A DNA stretch of 64,000 nucleotides from an uncultured virus (IMG/VR IMGVR_UViG_3300025133_000035) (IMGVR_UViG_3300025133_000035), one strand, 5' to 3'. Shown: positions 12,401 to 21,796, numbered from the stretch's first letter. The notes: a model not told the origin generated them from the letters alone. Program-made: numbers and translations.

Positions 12401-12687
12401 CAGCAAATGGCGCCGTCCAGCTAGGGGTGGCAGATATCAATCTTTGGGGCAAGGAATACAAGATTCGTATAACTTCCACTACGACTGGCAAAGCGGCAGA
12501 CTTGAATGTCAAGTTCAATCAAAAACACAATAAGACAACAACAGAGACAGAAGGTACCGACGTGGTAGATGAAGAAACGGGCGTTGTTACAAGCACAAAA
12601 GACTTCACGGCGGGAGCCGCGACAGCAAAGGGGCACCAAGGCGGCAGCACTTCGGTACGTCGAACTGGACCCAAGAAGAGTAAATAG
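9496..12687 (+). CDS. Large hypothetical protein, probably virion structural
   Basis: 1063 aa; TAATG coupling to the previous gene. C-terminal part has Fn3-like patterns (FSDTQVHYGKEYLYEI; PNKKYYYTARQVDVHGNFSNP). Confidence 0.55.
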   Translation: MASGKKHYVISSAAYGYSMITRANQFESISKAATGTPDGALLETRKREVVDFFKSFSRDDKFLLDPDLGPNKKSPVDPIRVLTNRLWSVNGTGNDVKLSFLSGSMKMEADGTAHDSLPFDVVFSDHVIKTGDGVIPDPVEDRMLRWRDGTSAVNSGLFPVYQENIKLLPIESSFNQYYLAFTGLTPETIAKADTLAQDPQYTEQIKKKQIGTEFQRRGSTYIWNLMRSYIGSRTKVPGVDSGGSYEDYSTYVNAPFNRLEAKVMSFDGTAAHAWAASEYNFYAQLYETFSVNCPELILPCLMLQSAAETSLGDPSTLEMANNNISLGGAIKSATCGAVTGKKKKTDADSSEAMTISSMYWNEFGAVLSRVVQGYYADKITAGGSQIAPTDLDQLAGSRQSKHVLRNILQMSPAASRAADAMRNLVFSGDYSSIITDAELQRENYPIHAEVSFTADHFAQFSDHINSAGLMPTLIDSLIASETGNAKLTQDIPQSKKPVLAPYKPVFEATPKPVVVHRIDAGVTLTTRYSVQPFRRTMLDVEKWLEAALNNRQETGDMTGRLHAHAATVAGKGMTNSLEQQIKTIIALGKIKDMVADYVRPYSKVLSGEPAYSEVVVYQVKKSLMQKDGGTGKHRAGKFIQNFWFANSSDITNISFSDTQVHYGKEYLYEIFAHTLVIGTKYDIGNNALEMSPLVRSPEALITMINKNDPRCRTMEWSDAPYSQQAWYTPSLKIIKTRIYVQSIMMFDSAPVVPEFEMVPYKGISHKLLLIFKGSVGRQSMHPIHINSSGKSYGPGFDKTEVEAVANQLRYQANEILPGDPLLYESDDRPEFFEVYRSAVAPYSYKDFDGKLYARVSTKIPSEKETYPASAIPPKYSDSATMVDIIIPNKKYYYTARQVDVHGNFSNPTAVYEVEMVDEKGTVYPIINEYRFKDLVPRTNKKYFNKHIKIAPTVSQILINREGMNSAHDAANGAVQLGVADINLWGKEYKIRITSTTTGKAADLNVKFNQKHNKTTTETEGTDVVDEETGVVTSTKDFTAGAATAKGHQGGSTSVRRTGPKKSK

Positions 12688-12710
12688 CAAAAGAATGTTT
12701 TAACAGAATG

Positions 12711-12720
12711 AACTATTTAC
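12711..12720 (+). promoter_or_regulatory. Putative phage late promoter motif AACTATTTAC
   Basis: Intergenic copy of a motif that recurs upstream of structural genes. Confidence 0.55.
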
Positions 12721-12759
12721 TGTACAATAAACTAATTAAGTAACGGAGACAAGAGTTTA

Positions 12760-13713
12760 ATGGGATTCTTAGATAACTCGGGCGATATTATCCTCGATGC
12801 AGTATTAACTGACACGGGCAGATATCGACTCGCAAAGGGCGATGGCTCTTTTAAAATCAGTAAGTTCGCCTTGTGCGATGATGAAATTGACTATTCGCTA
12901 TATAACAAGGACCACGCGAACGGTAGCGCGTATTATGATTTGGAGATTTTGCAATCTCCTGTTATGGAGGCGTTCACAAATAACGGCTCTATGATGAAGA
13001 GCAAGTTGCTCTCAATCTCTCGCACCAACCTGCTATATTTGCCGGTCCTTAAATTGAACGTCAATGCGCCAGACGCGTCGATGACAACTTTGGATGACAT
13101 TGCAACATTCGTTGTTGCTGTAGACGCTGATACAGAGGCTAATGCAACAGACGGGCTTAACGCTTCGCAGACTAACGGCGTCCTCGCCGGCGAAACATTA
13201 AACTCTCCTTCGCATATCCGTATCGATCAGGGTCTAAACACATCAGAGATTCCGCCCTCATTCACGATCGATTCCGATCTGGCTGAGACGGCATACATTA
13301 TCGAGATTGATAATCGCCTAGGCAGAATCGCACATCCCAGCAAGACCTCTCTTGCCGACCCATCCTTTATTGATGATGACAACATCGCTAGCTACTACTT
13401 GACGCTTAATGACAGCGGCTATGTGAGTTCTAACGAGAGCACATCAACCCCAACGCAGGACAACACGCAGGTAATCACTGGACCTCGCGGAACGATTCTC
13501 AAGTTTAGGGTTCAAGCAAGTCTGGAGTTGAACACCAGCACATATCTATTTGACCTCATTGGCGGCACGGGCACTGTAAGCATTAACCGAACGACAGATG
13601 ATGGACCGGTGGCTTCAAGCTTCACGAACTACATCGATACGATTGTACGAGTGACAGGCGCCACAACAGGTTACAGCATAGACATCCCAGTACGACTAGT
13701 CAAGAAGGCATAA
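12760..13713 (+). CDS. Putative baseplate/tail-collar structural protein
   Basis: 317 aa; MGFLDNSGDIILDAVLTDTGRYRLAKGDGSFKISKFALCDDEIDY N-terminus typical of large-phage structural proteins; GGAG SD upstream. Confidence 0.6.
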   Translation: MGFLDNSGDIILDAVLTDTGRYRLAKGDGSFKISKFALCDDEIDYSLYNKDHANGSAYYDLEILQSPVMEAFTNNGSMMKSKLLSISRTNLLYLPVLKLNVNAPDASMTTLDDIATFVVAVDADTEANATDGLNASQTNGVLAGETLNSPSHIRIDQGLNTSEIPPSFTIDSDLAETAYIIEIDNRLGRIAHPSKTSLADPSFIDDDNIASYYLTLNDSGYVSSNESTSTPTQDNTQVITGPRGTILKFRVQASLELNTSTYLFDLIGGTGTVSINRTTDDGPVASSFTNYIDTIVRVTGATTGYSIDIPVRLVKKA

Positions 13714-13723
13714 GGAATAAAAC

Positions 13724-14920
13724 ATGGCGACAACATATAAGACTTTTTCAAACAACGATATTGTTTCAACAAAGACGCTTCTGAACGAAGCAATCCCCCT
13801 CACCGGAACTGTACTTTCGGGAACGTACATGGAAGGCACGTCAGAGGTTAATATCAAAAACTATGCTCATGGAATGTTCCAGAGCGTATATGATTATCCT
13901 TATCTAAGTTCTTCCGCAAACCACATCTTTGATATTACGATGGGTTATTCTTCAAACTCAGACCTGTCTGGGTCAGATAGCACCCAAAATGCCAAGAAGA
14001 TTAATATCTACAATCAGATGGCTAAGGTGCTTGTTGGGCATAGCTCCTCCGGAGACATTCAAGAGTTTGATGAAGACGGTGATCTCACCGGCGGTACCAA
14101 GCTTCGCGAGTGCTTCTTCGTTAACATGGCGCGCCTGCTCACCAAAGACGAGATCAAGAAAGGCTCGTTCTCAATTGAGCTTGGGATCGAAACAGGTCTT
14201 TCCAGTTCGATGCATAAGCGCATCAAACTTACTGACTACAATGCGCAAAACGATTATCGCGTCAACTCACCTGCAGGTGACTACGCAGTACTTTATGCAG
14301 AAACCAGCTACGATGGCGACACTGGTGGCAAGTTCCTCAAAGATGAACTGGAAAACGACAGAGTTAAAGCAGGGCTGCTTTATTACCAAGCCGGCGTTGC
14401 GGTTCTTACTGCTTCCGTGTTCGGGCATGCCACAGCATCGTCAGAATATACTAGCGGCGGCGGGCTTCTAGGACAAGATTATGGTGACGGCGGTGAAGCT
14501 GCCGGGCATTCTTGGTACCCACACATGGGTCCAGACGTTTTCGACTCCCTCGCGACACCCACCTCCGAAGAAGCAGTAAGCGTAGATAACATGCTTACCG
14601 GCTCAGAGATCTCTTCAAGCTGCAATGCTCTGAGAGGTCGCGTATACAACATATCGTTTAACAATACGACTGAGCTTAACTCGACGATTTACTTCTGTCG
14701 CATGAACCACAATGAGTTCAACTATAGCTCTAATCCCACTTATCTTAGTGGTTCCAAGATTCGTGTAAAGAACGTTTCTGGAGACACTCCGGTTGCCTAT
14801 TGCACAGGTGTCGGACTCTATTCGTCAGACAATGAATTGATGGCAGTAGCGAAGCTTTCAGAGCCGCTTAAGAAAGATCCAACAAATGAGTTGACGTTGA
14901 GAGTTCGCTTAGATTACTAG
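13724..14920 (+). CDS. Putative baseplate/tail-collar structural protein
   Basis: 398 aa; C-terminus GVGLYSSDNELMAVAKLSEPLKKDPTNELTLRVRLDY resembles the C-terminal half of tail-collar fibre (DUF3751-like) domains; AAGGA SD. Confidence 0.6.
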   Translation: MATTYKTFSNNDIVSTKTLLNEAIPLTGTVLSGTYMEGTSEVNIKNYAHGMFQSVYDYPYLSSSANHIFDITMGYSSNSDLSGSDSTQNAKKINIYNQMAKVLVGHSSSGDIQEFDEDGDLTGGTKLRECFFVNMARLLTKDEIKKGSFSIELGIETGLSSSMHKRIKLTDYNAQNDYRVNSPAGDYAVLYAETSYDGDTGGKFLKDELENDRVKAGLLYYQAGVAVLTASVFGHATASSEYTSGGGLLGQDYGDGGEAAGHSWYPHMGPDVFDSLATPTSEEAVSVDNMLTGSEISSSCNALRGRVYNISFNNTTELNSTIYFCRMNHNEFNYSSNPTYLSGSKIRVKNVSGDTPVAYCTGVGLYSSDNELMAVAKLSEPLKKDPTNELTLRVRLDY

Positions 14921-14931
14921 GCGGGCTCGAC

Positions 14932-15558
14932 ATGGCGGTTACCCCAAAACTCAGAAAGAAATACGAAAAGCTCATTTTAGAGCTTCGCTATTTGACTGCG
15001 GATTACGACTATCATCGTCTCGCGTATGCTGATGCACAAGCAGGCTTCTCAAAAGAGTTTGAAGCCTATCGAGAAGAGAATAGCTTAGTAACGTCAGAAG
15101 AGCGGATCCTTAAGACCGGCGAAGTTAACTATGACGATGAAGAAGAATTCACCGATCTTACGACTATCGAGGAAGATCAGCAAAAACAGCGCATTAACGC
15201 TGTGACAAATCTGCTTTTTAAAAAGATAGCAAAAGAAACTCACCCGGACAAACTTGTTAGCATGCATGCTGATGAGCAAGTCCGTCGCGAGAAAATGTTC
15301 TTAGAAGCTAAAGAAGCCGCAGAGAAGCGTGAGTGGTTCCGCCTAATGTGCATCGCAACTGATTTGGGTATTAGGCTGCCGACTCCAACGAAAGAACACC
15401 TTGTGCTTTTGGAAGCTAAGAACAAAGAGCTTCGTACTACGATTTCTTATATGGAAAAGACGTACGTGTGGGTATATTCGAAGATGCCAAACGAGAAATC
15501 AAAGAGAAACGTGTTCGCAGAATTTGCAAAAGCCGTTGGATATACGACTCTGGACTAA
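14932..15558 (+). CDS. J-domain (DnaJ-like) co-chaperone-like protein
   Basis: LFKKIAKETHPDKL...EKMFLEAKEA: HPD motif between a basic helix II and a helix III-like segment. Confidence 0.6.
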   Translation: MAVTPKLRKKYEKLILELRYLTADYDYHRLAYADAQAGFSKEFEAYREENSLVTSEERILKTGEVNYDDEEEFTDLTTIEEDQQKQRINAVTNLLFKKIAKETHPDKLVSMHADEQVRREKMFLEAKEAAEKREWFRLMCIATDLGIRLPTPTKEHLVLLEAKNKELRTTISYMEKTYVWVYSKMPNEKSKRNVFAEFAKAVGYTTLD

Positions 15559-15567
15559 TTATTTAAG

Positions 15568-16902
15568 ATGCCATACTATAAGTTTGAAAAGAATGACCTG
15601 TTTTACAATCGGATTAAGATGTATCCGAAGGTTGAGTTTAAGATCGCCCGCGGTCCCGGTAACACCACAAGCAAAGTTTATTATAATAACCGCCCCGAAC
15701 TCTTGGGAGGGTTTGTGGAGGATGACGCAGACGGCGGATATTCTATAGCCCAGAGCGGCGGTTATATCTCGTTGTATGAGATGAATGTAGATAGACTATA
15801 CACTGCCACTCCTGACGAAGAGACAGATCCCAGAGCACCAGCCAACAATCTGATTTACCCTTTCATCACAAAGGACAGTTCGATGCATTCGTTTGGTACG
15901 GTTAGCTCGACAGGCTTCCATGGCATGCAATACGGAGATCAGATTACAGGAAGCTATCCTTTGACCGCCTCTCTTCACCGAATCTATTACCGCGAGAACG
16001 ATTCCAGAAAGCACATTTTTGCGCTTAAGAGCAATCTAGATCGCGCCAGCACCACCAGCACGCATTTCGCAATGACGGGCTCTGGCGGAACTGATGAAGA
16101 GGTTGATAACGGATGGGATAAGACAACTCAAGAAATGAACATGATTGACGTGCCATCGATCTTCTACGGCTCCTCGATCAAGAAAGGCTCCATTAGTCTG
16201 AAGTTTTTTATCACCGGTACGCTGGCTGCTGAAGCTTCTGACATTAAGCAGAATGGCGAGTTAATCCAGATTGGACCTACAGGATCGACCGGTTCGGGAT
16301 CTGTTGCAGGTGTAGTTTTATACGATGCTGGAATATTTCTCTTGACAGGTTCGTGGGATATTGATACAATAGAAAGAAATTACCTAGGTGCCGGCGGCGG
16401 CGATGAGAAGACATCTCAGTGGGTACACTTTGGCTATGGCATCCCCGGTCGAGAAATGGCGCTTGGAGAAGACGATCTAGACAAAGTACTAACACCCTTT
16501 GATTATGCTGCAGACGGTGTGACAGGTTCGTCCTTCTCTGTTTCCTTTAACGGCGTTAACTATGTCCCAACCGTTACCATGTTAGCTCACGCTCCAAAAA
16601 ACCAGCTTAATCATTCAAACAACCCAACATATATCGCGCACTCATCTTCGTGGGATGCGTCAGGATCAATTGAAACGATTACGGGCTCTACGATATACCG
16701 AGAGTACGAGAAACAGCAGGTAAACAATATTGTTTACAGCGAATACAATAGCATCACAGGCAGCTATAAAAAGACAACTTTCATTACTGAAGTAAAAATC
16801 TATGATGAAGAGATGAACTGCATAGGAATTGCTAAACTAGCAAACCCAGTTAAGAAAACACCCGAACGAGATTTTACGTTCAAACTAAAAGTAGACTTTT
16901 AA
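15568..16902 (+). CDS. Putative baseplate/tail-collar structural protein (paralogue of 13724..14920)
   Basis: 444 aa; shares IKKGS.S(I/L), N(Y/H)S.NPTY and the C-terminal EVKIYDEEMNCIGIAKLANPVKK...FKLKVDF with 13724..14920. Confidence 0.6.
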   Translation: MPYYKFEKNDLFYNRIKMYPKVEFKIARGPGNTTSKVYYNNRPELLGGFVEDDADGGYSIAQSGGYISLYEMNVDRLYTATPDEETDPRAPANNLIYPFITKDSSMHSFGTVSSTGFHGMQYGDQITGSYPLTASLHRIYYRENDSRKHIFALKSNLDRASTTSTHFAMTGSGGTDEEVDNGWDKTTQEMNMIDVPSIFYGSSIKKGSISLKFFITGTLAAEASDIKQNGELIQIGPTGSTGSGSVAGVVLYDAGIFLLTGSWDIDTIERNYLGAGGGDEKTSQWVHFGYGIPGREMALGEDDLDKVLTPFDYAADGVTGSSFSVSFNGVNYVPTVTMLAHAPKNQLNHSNNPTYIAHSSSWDASGSIETITGSTIYREYEKQQVNNIVYSEYNSITGSYKKTTFITEVKIYDEEMNCIGIAKLANPVKKTPERDFTFKLKVDF

Positions 16903-16903
16903 T

Positions 16904-17443
16904 ATGAGTAATACATTGGGGCTGGATATCAGCACCACCAAAATAGGCATCGCTGTGCTTGATGCCAACGACGAGCTAGTACATAGCGACCTGATTAAAT
17001 TCAAATCCGAGCTTCCGCTTGAGGATCGCGCCGCGATTTTTGAATCCATCATACGCAAGATAGAGAAAAAGTACTCGCCATATTATGTTTTCGTGGAGGC
17101 ACCAGCGATCAACTTTCGCTCTGGATCTACGGCGCACGTCATGGCAAAACTACAACGTTTTAATGGCATGTGTTCATACGCATGCCGCAAAGTGTTCAAG
17201 GAGAATCCCGCGCTAATCGATGTGCGCCAAGCGCGCAAAGCCTTAGACATTAAGATCCCCAGAGGGAAAGGCACCAAAAGCCTTGCCAAGAAGGTCGTGA
17301 TTGATTATGTTAAAGACCGATTCGACGAAAACTTCCAGTACAAGCTAACATATAAAGGAAATCCCGCACCCGGCACAGATGATCGAGCCGACGCTATCGT
17401 TGTGGCATTGGGCGGCATAAAGATTTTTGAAGAAAGTACTTGA
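16904..17443 (+). CDS. RuvC-like Holliday junction resolvase
   Basis: RNase H-fold acidic residues LGLDIST..IG, VFVEAP, DDRADAIVVA; 179 aa. Confidence 0.75.
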   Translation: MSNTLGLDISTTKIGIAVLDANDELVHSDLIKFKSELPLEDRAAIFESIIRKIEKKYSPYYVFVEAPAINFRSGSTAHVMAKLQRFNGMCSYACRKVFKENPALIDVRQARKALDIKIPRGKGTKSLAKKVVIDYVKDRFDENFQYKLTYKGNPAPGTDDRADAIVVALGGIKIFEEST

Positions 17444-17468
17444 CATAGCCTCCTAAATGGGGTATATT
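17440..17468 (+). promoter_or_regulatory. sigma70-type promoter for the primase operon
   Basis: TTGACA (17440-17445), 17-nt spacer, TATATT (17463-17468). Confidence 0.7.
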
Positions 17469-17476
17469 AATAGTGC

Positions 17477-18421
17477 ATGCATAGAGAAAAACTAAAGATA
17501 GTTGCGTCCTGCTTGGGCGAATACCGAACTGCGGGTGACGAAACTCTGTTTTATTGCCCGTTCTGCAAGCACCACAAACACAAGCTGTCTGTGAATGTGC
17601 GCTCTAATGTATATAAGTGCTGGATTTGTGATGCTAGCGGCAAGAACATTCGCCGCCTCATTTACAAGTTTGGCAACACCACAACAGTTTCCGAATGGGA
17701 TCGGCTCACCGGTCGCCATGACATCTCAGACTTCGATACGATTTTCGCGGAAGAAGACAAGAGCATAGATATAATACAGAGAGTTGATTTGCCAGAAGAA
17801 TTCAAAACTCTCACACAAAAGACCCTTTCACCGGCAACCCTGCCGGCTCTCAACTATTTGAGATCCCGCGGCATCGGCAAGGATGAAATATTAGAATGGA
17901 AAATTGGCTATTGTCCTTCTGGAGAATATGAGGGAAGAATCCTTATTCCCAGTTTTGACATGGAAGGCTATGTCAATTACTTTATTGCGCGTGCGTATAA
18001 TGGCGCTTGGCTGAGGTACAAGAACCCCGCAGCCAGCCGCGACATTGTGTTTAACGAGTTGTACTTGGACTGGAACAAGGACGTGGTTTTGGTTGAGGGA
18101 GTGTTTGACGCAATCATCGCCGGCAACGCTGTGCCTATTCTGGGCTCAACCCTTAACCGCAACACGGCGCTGTTTGCGCGCCTGATCACAGAGAGCCCAC
18201 GCATCTATCTTGCGCTGGACTCTGACGCCGCGAACAAAGAGCGGAAGATTATTAAGAACCTACTCCAGTATGACATGGAGATTTATAAGATTGACACCAG
18301 CGACATCGAAGACGTTGGGGCAATAAGTAAAGAAGAATTCGCTGCCAGAAAAGCTGCAGCAATACGCATCGAGGATAGCTCATATATTCTGAGCGATGCG
18401 TTGTCTTCTATTCGAATCTGA
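17477..18421 (+). CDS. DNA primase (Zn finger + TOPRIM)
   Basis: CPFC...H...YKCWICD zinc finger, GRILIP, YKNP, VLVEGVFDA, and DxD motif LALDSDA. Confidence 0.85.
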   Translation: MHREKLKIVASCLGEYRTAGDETLFYCPFCKHHKHKLSVNVRSNVYKCWICDASGKNIRRLIYKFGNTTTVSEWDRLTGRHDISDFDTIFAEEDKSIDIIQRVDLPEEFKTLTQKTLSPATLPALNYLRSRGIGKDEILEWKIGYCPSGEYEGRILIPSFDMEGYVNYFIARAYNGAWLRYKNPAASRDIVFNELYLDWNKDVVLVEGVFDAIIAGNAVPILGSTLNRNTALFARLITESPRIYLALDSDAANKERKIIKNLLQYDMEIYKIDTSDIEDVGAISKEEFAARKAAAIRIEDSSYILSDALSSIRI

Positions 18422-18435
18422 AAGGCAAGAAGTCG

Positions 18436-18621
18436 ATGCCAACGAGTTTACTGTTAACCTTGATTTGTAGCTATGCAGCAATATTTTTGCTTGGCTTGTT
18501 TCTGGGATTAACCAACCAAGACAGAAAGACCAAAACCAAGAACATCAAAGAATACCAACGCGCCCGTGCAAAAGAAGCACGCCAAACAATATATGACGAA
18601 TGGGGTCATCCACCGTCTTAG
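18436..18621 (+). CDS. Small single-pass membrane protein
   Basis: 61 aa; hydrophobic N-terminus, basic tail; fills the gap between primase and the Mre11-Rad50 gene. Confidence 0.5.
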   Translation: MPTSLLLTLICSYAAIFLLGLFLGLTNQDRKTKTKNIKEYQRARAKEARQTIYDEWGHPPS

Positions 18622-18631
18622 AGGATAAAAT

Positions 18632-21600
18632 ATGAAGTTTGCACACATTGCAGATACCCACATTAAAAACCTAAAGTATCATTACGAATACAGAGAGGTG
18701 TTCAAGCAATTGTATGAGACACTTCGCGAAGCTGAAGTAGATTGTATCATTCACTGCGGAGACATCGCTCACACGAAGACTCAGATCTCTCCAGAGTTCG
18801 TGGAGCTATGCACTGATTTCTTTCGCAATCTGTCCGCGATTGCTCCAACCTATATCATCCTCGGCAACCATGATGGTAACCTGCGCAATAGCAGCCGTCA
18901 GGACGCCATCACACCCATCGTAGATGCCTTGGCATGTCCAGACCTGCATCTGCTTAAGGAAGCCGGAGAAACGGCTTTAAACGCCGACTATGCGCTGAAC
19001 GTGTTATCGGTGTTTGACGAGGACAACTGGGTTGCCCCAACAGACAAGGACAAGATCAACATTGCTCTTTATCATGGCTCCGTTTCTGGTGTCAAAACTG
19101 ATGCCGGCTGGGTCATGCAGCATGGCGACCACGACATTAGCATCTTTGATGAATTCGACTTTGGCTTTTTGGGTGATATCCACAAGACCAACCAAGCCTT
19201 AGATCTTAAGGGTCGAATTCGATATCCCGGGAGCACAATTCAACAAAACCATGGCGAGACAAACGACAAGGGACTTCTTATTTGGGACATTCGTGACCGC
19301 TGGGATTGGGACGTAAAGCATGTTGCTTTTGAAAACCCAAAGCCCTTCATGACGATTGAACTGACACCAAAGGGTCGCATGCCAAAGGGAGCCAAGGTAC
19401 CCAAGGGCGCCCGCTTGCGTTTGGTGTCAAACAATAACCTTCCACTCAACAAAATGAAGAAGGCTATTGATGTTGCAAAGCACCGGTTTAAACCGGAAGC
19501 AATCACTTTCCTCAATCGCGCCGCCGGTACCCGAGGCAGCATTGATGCATTAACGTACAACCTTGTGAAAGAAGACCTTCGCGATCCCGTCGTTCAAGAA
19601 GAGCTTATCGAGGAATACCTTAAGGAATACGAGGTAGAAGATGAGCTTCTTAAGGAGGTTCACTCCATCAACGGACACTACAATCGCATCGTAGAAAAAG
19701 AAGAAGAGATCACCAGAAACGTAAACTGGAAACTGAACTCGTTTAAGTTTGATAATCTGTTCAACTTTGGCGAAGGCAACTCGATTGATTTTGGGAAGAT
19801 GAGCGGTATCGTCGGGATCTTTGGGAAGAACTACAGCGGCAAGAGCAGCATTATTGATGGTCTGCTCTTCACCCTTTTCAACTCGACGTCTAAGAATGAG
19901 CGTAAGAACCTCAACGTGATTAACCAGCACAAGGAAGAATGCTCAGCAACTGTAGAATTTCTCATTGGAGAGAGCACATACACCGTAAACCGCCATTGCG
20001 AAAAATACACCAAGAAACTTAAAGGCGAAGAAACCCTAGAAGCAAAAACAAACTTAGAGTTTACATCAGAGAGTTTAGTAACAGGGGATACTATTAGCGA
20101 AAACGGTCTGACCCGTAACGAAACAGACAAGAACATCCGCAAGGTTGTGGGTACTCTCGATGACTTTTTGCTGTCTTCGATGTCTTCTCAGCATGGCGCC
20201 CTGCAGTTTATTAACGAGGGAACGACCCGCCGCAAAGAGATCTTTGCAAAGTTCTTAGACTTGGAGGTTTTTGAGAAGAAGTTTAAGCTAGCAAAAGAAG
20301 ACAGCGCCGATATGAAGGGCGCCCTCAAACGACTGGAAGAGCGGGACTACGAAGCAGAACTCAAAGAACTGCGCGCAGAAGAGACATACACTTTAGAAAG
20401 TCTGGGAGTCTGCCAACAATCATTGGCTGCGACAAAGGAACGCCGCGACTATTTTAAGCTGACCTTCGATGACATCGTACGTAAAATTGATAGCGTACCG
20501 GCAGACATTGTAGATATTATTGGTGTCAAGAAGAAACTGTCAGACAAGCGAATCCGAGCAGGAGCCCTCGCCGCCCAGAACGCAGAACTGTCGACTGAAT
20601 GCCACCAAAAGGAATCCACCCGGATCCGCATGGACAGCTTCATCGAGAGCTTTGACATTACGAAGTATCGGGAAAAACATAATGAAATCGAAGACTTGCT
20701 TAAGAGCAAGGATTTGCTGTCTGCAGATCTTATTGTGAAGGAAGCCGCTCACGCTCTTGACGAGCAGAAAGGTGCCCTTTTGACCGGAATCCCTTGTGGT
20801 TCGCAGTACCCTAGGTGCAAGTTCATTCGCGATGCGCATGTGGCTGTTGCCAATCTTCCCGAGAACGAGAGTATCATAACTGAAATTCGAAGAAAGGTCG
20901 CAAAAGCAGCCGAACAAATTAAAGACATGGAACCTGAGCGTGTCAAGCGCCACCTCTCGCGATATGAAGAACTGATGCGAAAGTCGGCTGAATTAACAGG
21001 TGAGATCTCTGCATGCCGCCTGCAAGTACAGAAGAACAAAACATCCATTGTGCGCATCGAGAAGGAGATTGCAGAGCTTGAAACCAGCGAGAGCATATAT
21101 GAGGAGAACCGTGACGCTATCGAAAATCTAGAGGCACTGTTCGCAGATCGCGGGTTGTCTGAGAAAAAGCTAGCCGGCGCAAACAATAAGCTTTCTGAAC
21201 TGACAGACGAACTTATGGAACTACATAAGGATCACGGCTCCATTGAAAGCAAGCTTGAAAACCTGCATGCTGCAGAGAAAGAACTGGAAGATCTTCAAAG
21301 AAAGTACGCGGCATACGATCTTTTCATGCGCTGTATGCATTCCAGCGGGATTGCTTATGACATCATCAAGAAGAAGCTACCGGTCATCAATGAAGAGATC
21401 GCAAAGGTTCTCGCGAACATCGTAGACTTTGAGATCTTCTTTGAGGACGATGGAAAGAAGATGAACGTATTTATTAAGCACCCTCGCCACGAAGCCCGCC
21501 CACTTGAGATGGGCTCTGGCGCTGAGAAAACGTTAGCTGCCATGGCGATTCGCTTGTCTCTCCTCAGTGTGTCCTCACTACCAAAGGGCGATCTTTTTAT

Positions 21601-21784
21601 TCTCGATGAACCGGGTACTGCTCTCGATGAAGAGAATATGGAAGGGTTTATTCGTATCTTGGAACTAATTAAGACGTACTTTAAGACAGTACTTCTAATT
21701 TCGCACCTAGACAGTCTCAAGGATTGTGTTGACACCCAGATTACTATTGATCGCGTCGACGGCTATGCGCGTGTGAATGAATAA
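18632..21784 (+). CDS. Mre11/SbcD nuclease - Rad50/SbcC ATPase fusion (T4 gp47-gp46-like)
   Basis: Metallophosphoesterase motifs HIADTH, HCGD, GNHD, GDIH, YPGS; then Walker A GKNYSGKSS, coiled coil, signature GSGAEK, Walker B FILDEP, H-loop ISH. Confidence 0.9.
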   Translation: MKFAHIADTHIKNLKYHYEYREVFKQLYETLREAEVDCIIHCGDIAHTKTQISPEFVELCTDFFRNLSAIAPTYIILGNHDGNLRNSSRQDAITPIVDALACPDLHLLKEAGETALNADYALNVLSVFDEDNWVAPTDKDKINIALYHGSVSGVKTDAGWVMQHGDHDISIFDEFDFGFLGDIHKTNQALDLKGRIRYPGSTIQQNHGETNDKGLLIWDIRDRWDWDVKHVAFENPKPFMTIELTPKGRMPKGAKVPKGARLRLVSNNNLPLNKMKKAIDVAKHRFKPEAITFLNRAAGTRGSIDALTYNLVKEDLRDPVVQEELIEEYLKEYEVEDELLKEVHSINGHYNRIVEKEEEITRNVNWKLNSFKFDNLFNFGEGNSIDFGKMSGIVGIFGKNYSGKSSIIDGLLFTLFNSTSKNERKNLNVINQHKEECSATVEFLIGESTYTVNRHCEKYTKKLKGEETLEAKTNLEFTSESLVTGDTISENGLTRNETDKNIRKVVGTLDDFLLSSMSSQHGALQFINEGTTRRKEIFAKFLDLEVFEKKFKLAKEDSADMKGALKRLEERDYEAELKELRAEETYTLESLGVCQQSLAATKERRDYFKLTFDDIVRKIDSVPADIVDIIGVKKKLSDKRIRAGALAAQNAELSTECHQKESTRIRMDSFIESFDITKYREKHNEIEDLLKSKDLLSADLIVKEAAHALDEQKGALLTGIPCGSQYPRCKFIRDAHVAVANLPENESIITEIRRKVAKAAEQIKDMEPERVKRHLSRYEELMRKSAELTGEISACRLQVQKNKTSIVRIEKEIAELETSESIYEENRDAIENLEALFADRGLSEKKLAGANNKLSELTDELMELHKDHGSIESKLENLHAAEKELEDLQRKYAAYDLFMRCMHSSGIAYDIIKKKLPVINEEIAKVLANIVDFEIFFEDDGKKMNVFIKHPRHEARPLEMGSGAEKTLAAMAIRLSLLSVSSLPKGDLFILDEPGTALDEENMEGFIRILELIKTYFKTVLLISHLDSLKDCVDTQITIDRVDGYARVNE

Positions 21785-21796
21785 GGAGAATATATT

